NCBI GenBank assembly: GCA_964577305.1 | Contig: CAZNYS010000008.1 | Coordinates: 12,635-76,634, forward strand | DNA: 64,000 bases | Direction of reading: 5' to 3' | Origin: an uncultured Rikenellaceae bacterium | GTDB taxonomy: Bacteria > Bacteroidota > Bacteroidia > Bacteroidales > VadinHA17 | Shown here: in pieces, positions 9,646 to 17,075 of the stretch | Numbering within the stretch: position 1 is the first letter of the stretch | Layout: each line of letters opens with the position of its first letter | Notes under the pieces: model-generated | What the model saw: only the letters and a program-made list of their open reading frames with translations | Told to the model about the DNA's origin: nothing | Database searches by the model: none | Translations under genes and position numbers: made by a program

Positions 9646-10566
9646 TTACATTTTAATTCTGTGGATATTCAGGTTCTCAATATCCATTCTCCCTATGCCC
9701 TTCTCATTGGCCAGGGGAATATAATCAATCTGTTCTGGACTCATCTTAATCATACTTGCTGCAGCAGTATCGGCAGCCAGCATATCAGTTGATATGATCT
9801 GTGCTTTCATAACCATCGAATCGCTTACAGATGTACCCTGTGGCCCATGTCGCATCATTACCCTGTAGCAGTCAATAATATTAAGTGTTGGCTTCTTTTC
9901 AAATGTAGCATAGTCAGCTATACACTGATGCAGGTTATTTGAATGCCAGAATCCCCTATCCCATACATTACCCATGAGATTCTTCATGGTAGCTGTCATC
10001 TTTGTACTTGAATGATGTTTTAAGACAGGAACATTAATGAATACATCCGATTCAAGAATCAGTTCATGTACCTTTGCCTTCTTGAGTATACTTGCTCCCG
10101 GTATAGTGACTTCATGATAATAGTTTTCAGTATTGGCAGGTACTATCTTTGCCCCGGCGTCCTTAGCAGCTTTCTCAATCCCTGAGTTTTTATATGATTT
10201 TACCCAGTTGGAGATGGTATGATCAAAAACATATACTTTACCGGCACCTGCCCTTATGCAATGTTCAACAATACGTTTAATAAGCAATGGATTCGTATTG
10301 GCTGCCATCTCAGGAGTCTTGTCCCATCCTATATTTGGTTTAATAACTACAGTCTGGCCTTTCTTAACAAAATTTGTTATGCCTCCCAGTGCACTGATTC
10401 CTTTGTCGAACATAGCATCTGGCTCACCACCCATTATAGCAACCATATCATAAGTTGTTGCTGAAGCTGGTGATGCCCATAGTTTGTTATATCCTCCCAT
10501 GCTGAATGCTGCCCCAGCGGCTAAACCAGCTCCGACTGACTTTATGAAAAAATCTCGCCTTTTCAT
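9646..10566 (-). CDS. Tat-signal DUF362-family protein, function unknown
   Basis: The N-terminus MKRRDFFIKSVGAGLAAGAAFS is a twin-arginine signal. The body resembles DUF362 proteins, which are commonly paired with 4Fe-4S proteins. There is a 9-nt gap to the polyferredoxin gene. Confidence 0.65.
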   Translation of the reverse strand: MKRRDFFIKSVGAGLAAGAAFSMGGYNKLWASPASATTYDMVAIMGGEPDAMFDKGISALGGITNFVKKGQTVVIKPNIGWDKTPEMAANTNPLLIKRIVEHCIRAGAGKVYVFDHTISNWVKSYKNSGIEKAAKDAGAKIVPANTENYYHEVTIPGASILKKAKVHELILESDVFINVPVLKHHSSTKMTATMKNLMGNVWDRGFWHSNNLHQCIADYATFEKKPTLNIIDCYRVMMRHGPQGTSVSDSMVMKAQIISTDMLAADTAAASMIKMSPEQIDYIPLANEKGIGRMDIENLNIHRIKM

Positions 10567-10695
10567 TTTTCATTTATTTTTTTACAAATCGACTACAAAT
10601 ATTCAAATTAAATGTATCACTGCAAAATAGTATTATTATTATTACAATTAATATGCTTAATATTATCTTAGTGGTTGTTTTATGATACATAACTC

Positions 10696-11874
10696 ATGAA
10701 TACACTCTATTACGAATGTTTTTCAGGGATTAGTGGGGATATGAACCTTGGTGCAATGATAGATCTCGGGATTGACAAGGATTATCTTCTAGGCGAGCTG
10801 AAGAAACTGAATCTTGAAGGTTGGAACATGCGAGTCGAAAAAGACCAGCGTCATGGTATTACAGGTACAAAAGTAACTGTTGTACTTACAAAGGAAGAGA
10901 AGAAACACCGTCATCTATCTGATATTAATAATATTATTGAGAAAAGTAGCCTGGACCCGGATGTTAAAACAGTTACACTTCAAATATTCAGGAAAGTTGC
11001 TGAAGCTGAATCTAAAGTACATGATATACCTCTTGAAAAAGTACACTTTCATGAGGTGGGTGCTGTTGACTCAATAATAGATATAACAGGAGCAGCCATA
11101 TGTTATGTCAAACTGGGGATAAAAGACATTATTGTATCCCCCATAGAACTGGGTAGTGGGTTTGTAAAATGTGCACATGGTTTACTTCCGGTTCCTGCAC
11201 CTGCTACAGCGGCGATTCTGGAAGGTATTCCTGTACACAAAGGTAAAGTGGACTTTGAAGCAACTACACCTACAGGAGCAGCAATACTAAGTATTCTGGG
11301 AACCAGGTTTGAAAGTGAACTGAATATGAAGGTTCACAGAACCGGTTATGGTATAGGACAGAGAAATAACCCGGAATTGCCAAATGTGCTGAGAGTTTAC
11401 CTGGGGGAGTCTGCAGGTTTGGAACCAGGAGGGCATCTTTCGTACCTGATAGAGAGCAATATTGATGATATGAATCCTGAAATGTACGAGAACCTTGTAA
11501 ATAAGTTGTTCGAAGCAGGCGCTGCAGATGTATTCCTTTCAAATATTATTATGAAAAAGTCCCGTCCGGGAATAAAAGTCAGTATAATTTGTCAGGCCGG
11601 TAATATTGAAGCTATTAAAGATATTCTATTCCTGGAATCTACAACACTGGGCCTGAGGATTATTCCGTTTGACAAACACACCGCCAGCAGGCAAATAAAT
11701 ATAATAGATACACCATACGGCCCTGTAACAGTTAAATATGCCTATCACGACAATAAACTGATTTCTGCAAAACCTGAAATATCAGATTGTATGGCTATAG
11801 CAGAAAAGAACAAACTGCCTCTTGTTGAGGTTTATAATAATATCATTGCAGTTATTCATGCCGGTAAAAAATAA
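10696..11874 (+). CDS. larC: Nickel-pincer cofactor biosynthesis protein LarC (Ni insertase, DUF111 family), single fused ORF
   Basis: N-terminus YYECFSGISGDMNLGAMIDLG, plus HFHEVGAVDSIIDI, both typical of LarC. Confidence 0.85.
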   Translation: MNTLYYECFSGISGDMNLGAMIDLGIDKDYLLGELKKLNLEGWNMRVEKDQRHGITGTKVTVVLTKEEKKHRHLSDINNIIEKSSLDPDVKTVTLQIFRKVAEAESKVHDIPLEKVHFHEVGAVDSIIDITGAAICYVKLGIKDIIVSPIELGSGFVKCAHGLLPVPAPATAAILEGIPVHKGKVDFEATTPTGAAILSILGTRFESELNMKVHRTGYGIGQRNNPELPNVLRVYLGESAGLEPGGHLSYLIESNIDDMNPEMYENLVNKLFEAGAADVFLSNIIMKKSRPGIKVSIICQAGNIEAIKDILFLESTTLGLRIIPFDKHTASRQINIIDTPYGPVTVKYAYHDNKLISAKPEISDCMAIAEKNKLPLVEVYNNIIAVIHAGKK

Positions 11875-12661
11875 AGTAAAAATATTATGCAGATCTTTCA
11901 GTGACTCGGATAATATCCTGGTAGCATTCTCGGGGGGAGTAGACAGTTCTTTCCTGTTATATGTGCTCAGGATGTTCTCAGGGGCAAGAGTATCAGCGAT
12001 AACAATAAAAACACCTTACATACCTGAATGGGAGATAGATGAAGCAAAAAGTTTCTGTAAATCCTTCAATATAAATCATGAGATTATTGAATTACCCCTG
12101 CATAAGTCTATCATTATGAACCCACCCGACCGGTGTTACCTGTGCAAATCAATATTATTCGGACAGATAAAAGCATATGCTGCCAAAAAGGGATTCAATA
12201 TTATTGCAGACGGCAGTAATGCAGATGATAAGAAGGACTATCGGCCGGGAATGGAAGCGCTTAAAGAGCTTGAGATAAGAAGTCCATTGCTCGAATCGGG
12301 TTTCAGTAAGGAAGAGATAAGGAAACAGCTCAGGGAATACGGCCTGGAAATATGGGACAAGCCTGCCTATGCATGTCTGCTTACACGTATCCCCTATAAT
12401 ACAAGGATTGATAAACGTGATCTCAATATCATAGAAGAAGGAGAAAGATTACTTCACAGCCTTGGTTTCAGAGGTGCACGCGTTCGCCTGCATAACAATA
12501 CAGCGCGTATAGAACTCAGTCCCGGATATTTCAATAAGATACTTGAAGATAAGGTCAGGAAAAAAATAATACGTTCATTCAAAGCCCACGGCATCGAATT
12601 TATCAGTCTCGATCTTGAAGGATACCGTATGGGCAGTATGAACCCAAAAAACATTAAATAA
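11858..12661 (+). CDS. larE: LarE, ATP-dependent sulfur transferase (PP-loop ATP pyrophosphatase)
   Basis: The PP-loop AFSGGVDSS is present. I prefer the ATG at 11858 over the TTG at 11822 listed in the track. It overlaps the larC end by 17 nt. Confidence 0.85.
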   Translation: MPVKNKVKILCRSFSDSDNILVAFSGGVDSSFLLYVLRMFSGARVSAITIKTPYIPEWEIDEAKSFCKSFNINHEIIELPLHKSIIMNPPDRCYLCKSILFGQIKAYAAKKGFNIIADGSNADDKKDYRPGMEALKELEIRSPLLESGFSKEEIRKQLREYGLEIWDKPAYACLLTRIPYNTRIDKRDLNIIEEGERLLHSLGFRGARVRLHNNTARIELSPGYFNKILEDKVRKKIIRSFKAHGIEFISLDLEGYRMGSMNPKNIK

Positions 12662-12666
12662 ATAAT

Positions 12667-13416
12667 ATGAACAGGGAAGGACTAAAAAAAATACTGGAGG
12701 AACTCTCTGAAGGAAAGATAAATGTAGATGATGCAATTGAAAAATTAAAGTACTTTCCATTCAGTGATCTTGGCTTTGCCCGCATTGATCATCATCGTGA
12801 AATACGGACAGGATATCCTGAAATAGTGTTCTGCGAAGGTAAAACCATTGAGCAGGTAAGGGATATTTTCAAACATATATCTGATACGGGACAGAACGTT
12901 ATAGGCACGAGGGCAAGTAAGGATAAATTCAATGCGGTACATTCAATAGCCCCCGAAGCATTGTGGCATGAAGAAGCCAGGATAATAAGTATTATCAGGG
13001 AGAAACATAAAATTGCCGACTCTCCTATTGCAGTTATTACTGCAGGTACATCAGATATACCTGTTGCTGAAGAAGCTGCTGTTACCTGTGAGTTGCTGGG
13101 CAACAGGGTTACCCGTATTTATGATGCCGGGGTAGCAGGAATACACAGGCTCCTGGATCAGCTACCCGAAATAAAGAAATGCAGGGTTGTAATCGTTATT
13201 GCCGGTATGGAGGGAGCACTTGCAAGTGTTGTGGGCGGACTTATTGACAAGCCAGTCATAGCAGTACCGACAAGTGTAGGGTATGGTGCAAATTTCAAGG
13301 GAGTATCAGCCCTCCTCGCTATGCTTACCAGCTGTGCATCAGGAGTAAGCGTGGTAAATATTGATAATGGTTTTGGAGCAGCTTTTAATGCTAGCATGAT
13401 TAACCAGTTAGAATAG
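12667..13416 (+). CDS. larB: LarB, pyridinium-3,5-biscarboxylic acid mononucleotide synthase (PurE-like NaAD carboxylase/hydrolase)
   Basis: 249 aa. It has a PurE-like core (IAVITAGTSDIPVAEEA...VVIVIAGMEGALASVVGG) with the LarB-type N-terminal extension. Confidence 0.88.
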   Translation: MNREGLKKILEELSEGKINVDDAIEKLKYFPFSDLGFARIDHHREIRTGYPEIVFCEGKTIEQVRDIFKHISDTGQNVIGTRASKDKFNAVHSIAPEALWHEEARIISIIREKHKIADSPIAVITAGTSDIPVAEEAAVTCELLGNRVTRIYDAGVAGIHRLLDQLPEIKKCRVVIVIAGMEGALASVVGGLIDKPVIAVPTSVGYGANFKGVSALLAMLTSCASGVSVVNIDNGFGAAFNASMINQLE

Positions 13417-13419
13417 ATC

Positions 13420-14037
13420 GTGGACCGGTACTTATTGATTCTCTCAACAGCATATTATCCACCTGTACAGTACTTTGCCGAGATAATAAAATCAGGGAAG
13501 GTACTTATCGAACAGCATGAGACCTACCCTAAACAAACATACCGTAACCGTTGCTATATTTATTCAGCCAACGGTGTTCTACCTCTGAGTATCCCGGTAG
13601 AAAAAGGTAGTTTTCATAAAGTTAAACTCAGGGATATTAAAATTGATAATTCCAGGAAATGGCAAAGAGAGCATATACATGCTATAAGGTCAGCATATAA
13701 TTCATCTGCATTTTTTGAATTTTATGCTGAGCAGGTATTGCAGCCCCTTGAATCAAAATATGAGTATCTCATTGACCTTAATATGGATATACTGGATATA
13801 TTATTCAAAATCCTGGAAATGAATATTACTGCAGAAAAAACAGTATCATTCATTAAAGAATACGGGGATGATTGCCGGGACATGAGATATAGCCTGTCGC
13901 CGAAATATGGAATCACTTATAAGCCCTGTGAATATTTCCAGGTTTTCAGTCCCGTTCACGGCTTTCAGCCAAACCTGAGCATTATTGATCTCCTGTTTAA
14001 TATGGGACCAGAAACCTGGTCGTGCCTCAGAACCTGA
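13420..14037 (+). CDS. WbqC-like family protein, function unknown
   Basis: GTG start 3 nt after the larB stop. The N-terminus AYYPPVQYFAEI...QTYRNRCYIYSANGVLPLSIPV fits the WbqC-family pattern. Confidence 0.65.
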   Translation: MDRYLLILSTAYYPPVQYFAEIIKSGKVLIEQHETYPKQTYRNRCYIYSANGVLPLSIPVEKGSFHKVKLRDIKIDNSRKWQREHIHAIRSAYNSSAFFEFYAEQVLQPLESKYEYLIDLNMDILDILFKILEMNITAEKTVSFIKEYGDDCRDMRYSLSPKYGITYKPCEYFQVFSPVHGFQPNLSIIDLLFNMGPETWSCLRT

Positions 14038-15508
14038 ACCCAAGAGTTGCTGTTACGAGGTGCCTGTTATAAGTTATCTCAGCAGGATTAATATCAGGAT
14101 GATTATACATGAAGTACATTTCATGGTTTGTTCTCAGGGCATAAGACACGTCAAATGAAAAATTCCTTTGCCTTAAGCCTATACCGCCTGAGTACACAGA
14201 ATGAAAATTATCTTCATTATCCTCTCCTTTTATAAAAGGGCTTCCGTAAATAGCATACCCTGCCCTCATATACAGGGTATTCATTCTGAATTCAGCACCT
14301 AACCGGAGGTTATGTGCTATATCATAAATATCTTTTATGTCCTGGTTTTCATTATAGTAGTTATAATCATCCGAAGCCCTGGAAAACCTTGCCATCCTGT
14401 AATCAACAAATTCATAATCAGCACTAATCATACCTGATTTACCCAGCTGCACAGCTGCACCAGCCATAGCCCTTAAAGGTGTGGTAAGGGTATATGAGAA
14501 CCTGAAAGGTTCATTTTCCCATGTATAGTAGTCACCATTATCAAATTCTGACCTTATATCATCGTAATAGTACTCATCGAGCCGGTAAACTGTTGGTGTA
14601 TGAAAGGCAAAGCCCAGTCTGAGCATTTCTATTGGTTTGACTATCACACCAATTTTGAATGAATAACCCGTACCGGAAGCTTCAACAACATCTCTGTAAG
14701 TAAAGCTATTAAAATCAAATATCAGGTTTTCATTATCCAACTCTGTATGTTCATATGTTGAATATGAGTCAATTTTATTAATCCCCAGAGTGGCTCCCAC
14801 GTATAATTTATGGCTGAAGTTTGCTGACACGCTGAAAGCGTGCTCTCCTGCATATCCTTCACGTGTGATAAGCCGTCTTACTGACTGGCCGTATGTTGAA
14901 TTAGTATTCTCCCCGTATTGAGAGAAGATAGTAGCATATTCATAACCACCTGAACCGCTTAAAGTATCAAGGATCCACACTTCAAAAGCAGCGCCCGGTG
15001 CACCATCGATGTCAGTATAATAGATACCACTGGCAATATCAGTCCAATAGTCGGCCATGGAACTATTATTATTAACACCCCTGATGACTGCATTAACATT
15101 AAAATTATTATTACGGTTAAAGGCATATGCAAAATTTATGCCCGAAAGGCCATCTGTTTTATCCTTGCTGACAAGGGGATAAACAAAGCCTGCCTGGTTG
15201 AGGTTGAATTTATGTGCATATTCGCTGGACTCAGTGTTATTATACTTTGAAAGTGAATTATTATAGTACATTTGCGGGGATAAGCTTATTTCCATTGACC
15301 TGTATACTCCCAGTCCGGCCGGATTCTGGCTCAAAACGGAAAGGTCTCCTCCAAGTGCAGTAAAGGCACCGCCCATAGCCTGGAACCTGGCTGATCCTCC
15401 ATAAAAAAGTTGCGAATACCACAGAGCTTCATCGATAGTCTGCGCCCTGCTTAAAGTCATTGTAGCAATGAAAGTTATAAGTATTATTAATGCTCTTTTC
15501 ATTTTCAT
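14027..15508 (-). CDS. Outer-membrane beta-barrel protein, FadL/PorV-like
   Basis: It has a signal peptide, the N-terminal motif GSARFQAMGGAFTALGGDLSVLSQNPAGLG (similar to FadL/PorV family N-termini), alternating aromatic beta-strand patterning, and a C-terminal ...TATLGFRF. Confidence 0.55.
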   Translation of the reverse strand: MKMKRALIILITFIATMTLSRAQTIDEALWYSQLFYGGSARFQAMGGAFTALGGDLSVLSQNPAGLGVYRSMEISLSPQMYYNNSLSKYNNTESSEYAHKFNLNQAGFVYPLVSKDKTDGLSGINFAYAFNRNNNFNVNAVIRGVNNNSSMADYWTDIASGIYYTDIDGAPGAAFEVWILDTLSGSGGYEYATIFSQYGENTNSTYGQSVRRLITREGYAGEHAFSVSANFSHKLYVGATLGINKIDSYSTYEHTELDNENLIFDFNSFTYRDVVEASGTGYSFKIGVIVKPIEMLRLGFAFHTPTVYRLDEYYYDDIRSEFDNGDYYTWENEPFRFSYTLTTPLRAMAGAAVQLGKSGMISADYEFVDYRMARFSRASDDYNYYNENQDIKDIYDIAHNLRLGAEFRMNTLYMRAGYAIYGSPFIKGEDNEDNFHSVYSGGIGLRQRNFSFDVSYALRTNHEMYFMYNHPDINPAEITYNRHLVTATLGFRF

Positions 15509-15597
15509 TTTTATTAAATGTTACCCTGCCCATCCCATTCGCGGGATGATTTAATCAATTAATGTAACAAGCTAATTCCAATATTTATTCTATCACT

Positions 15598-16905
15598 CTA
15601 TCTCCTGCCTGAGCTTCTGGAACTCGTCGAGGAAGAACTTCTTCCACTGGATGATGACGACCTGCCACTGCTTGATGATACAGAGCTTGAGCGGCCGCTA
15701 CTCACGGATGAAGATCTGCCTACAGAAGAGACACTGCTAGATCCCCTGGAGGACCCCATTGAGGATGATCTTGAATTATTAATAACACTCCTTCCTGATG
15801 TTGAAGAGCGGTTAATAACTGACCTGCTTGTATTTCCAGAGGATGATCTGTTAATGATTGACCTTCCTGACGAACTGTTAATGTTTGTGCTGCTTGATGA
15901 GCGGTTATTTACTACACGTCCTGCGTTACTGTTGGTAACGGTACTGCTTCTACTGTTAGAATTATTATAGGTAGGACGGGTGGTCAGCCTTGGATTTGTA
16001 TATGTTGGCCTGTATGTCCTGCTCTGAGTATTATACTCAGGTTGTGAAGCAGCACGTGTTGTGGTATTAACCTGTGTCCTTCTGTTCAGGCTTGAACTTA
16101 CTGATCTTTCCTGAGGATTAGTGGCATTTCTGACATTTGTATTGCTCGACACCACTGTCTGATTTATCCGTCTGCTGCCTTCGGTACTTCTTGCATTATC
16201 AGATACAGTGGCTGTTGTTCTCCTTGATGATCCTATACTTGATCCGGATCTGTTCCCGGAAGAACTAACATACCTGTTAGACAATGTACTGTATGAACTT
16301 CTTCTTCTTACCGGAGTTGTATAATAATTATTATTACTGTAATACCCAGTATAATATGGCGACATCCATGAGTAGCCATATCCCCAGTACGAGTATGGGC
16401 TGTAATAATAAGAACTACCCCAATAAGGTGAAAAGAACGGATCATAGTAATATGAATAATAATAGGGGCTGTAGAAAGGATCCCACATCCTGTATGAATA
16501 ATACGGGAATCCGTATGTTAATCCATACCTGAATCCGTAATAGAAAGGATCTCTCCAATACGGATCAAAGTAATTACCATAAAAACGGTTCAGGTGGCTT
16601 GCATAAGATACCCTGTCATAATAATCAAAGGCACTGCTTCTATCACTATCATAATACATTAGATCCTTATCATATTCAGCCGGATCGAGATATTCATCTG
16701 CAACCAGTGTATCAAGGTTAAACTGGTCTTCAATTGCTGAAATTGATTCATATGCCTGGTCAGGCACTCCTGCATCCTGCACATATATTTCTCTTGGAGC
16801 AGGTGTATAATAAAGATCATCATATTCACCACTCATATAAAGCGATGAAGAACAACTGCTTAGAAGAAATATTGCTAAAACTGCTATGTAAAGATAAGTT
16901 TTCAT
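15598..16905 (-). CDS. Lipoprotein with a Tyr/Trp/Pro-rich central region and a Ser/Arg/Asn-rich basic tail; no recognised family
   Basis: Lipobox LLSSC; centre ...YYYSYYYDPFFSPYWGSSYYYSPYSYWGYGYSWMSPYY...; tail ...GRSSSVSSSSGRSSSSSGRSSSSTSSRSSGRR. GGAGGT lies 5 nt before the ATG. Confidence 0.7.
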   Translation of the reverse strand: MKTYLYIAVLAIFLLSSCSSSLYMSGEYDDLYYTPAPREIYVQDAGVPDQAYESISAIEDQFNLDTLVADEYLDPAEYDKDLMYYDSDRSSAFDYYDRVSYASHLNRFYGNYFDPYWRDPFYYGFRYGLTYGFPYYSYRMWDPFYSPYYYSYYYDPFFSPYWGSSYYYSPYSYWGYGYSWMSPYYTGYYSNNNYYTTPVRRRSSYSTLSNRYVSSSGNRSGSSIGSSRRTTATVSDNARSTEGSRRINQTVVSSNTNVRNATNPQERSVSSSLNRRTQVNTTTRAASQPEYNTQSRTYRPTYTNPRLTTRPTYNNSNSRSSTVTNSNAGRVVNNRSSSSTNINSSSGRSIINRSSSGNTSRSVINRSSTSGRSVINNSRSSSMGSSRGSSSVSSVGRSSSVSSGRSSSVSSSSGRSSSSSGRSSSSTSSRSSGRR

Positions 16906-16997
16906 TTTTAACCTCCGATCATATTATTTCATCCTAATATTATAAAAGCAAAAACCATACCAATTAATAAAGTATATCGGGCAATGGGCTTCAGTAA

Positions 16998-17005
16998 CAA
17001 ATATA
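16998..17005 (-). promoter_or_regulatory. Candidate -7 box (TATATTTG on the minus strand) for the 15598..16905 gene
   Basis: Exact TAnnTTTG match, but 93 nt upstream of the ATG, which is a longer leader than at the other boxes. Confidence 0.35.
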
Positions 17006-17048
17006 AGATTTTTCTTTGAACCTGGTAGTTTTTCATGATTAATGAAAT

Positions 17049-17075
17049 AAAAAAAAGCAGGCTGTTAACGCCTGC
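17049..17075 (-). terminator. Rho-independent terminator overlapping the stop codon of the 17065..18168 gene
   Basis: The minus strand reads GCAGGC-GTTAACA-GCCTGC followed by T8. The 5' stem arm encodes the final ...GRR-stop. Confidence 0.7.

Noticed and set aside
10680-10699. Imperfect inverted repeat TTATGA-N8-TCATGA overlapping the larC start codon, reminiscent of NikR half-sites (GTATGA…TCATAC)
   Set aside because: The spacing (8 versus 16 nt) and one mismatch do not fit the known NikR operator. A short AT-rich palindrome like this is likely to arise by chance, and no nikR gene is in the window.
16929-17036. 35-codon minus-strand ORF MKNYQVQRKILYLLLKPIARYTLLIGMVFAFIILG between the two Tyr/Ser-Arg genes
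   Set aside because: It has a hydrophobic C-terminus but no recognisable family. It contains the candidate TATATTTG promoter box for the downstream gene and begins right after the upstream terminator. I cannot distinguish it from a chance ORF in AT-rich spacer.
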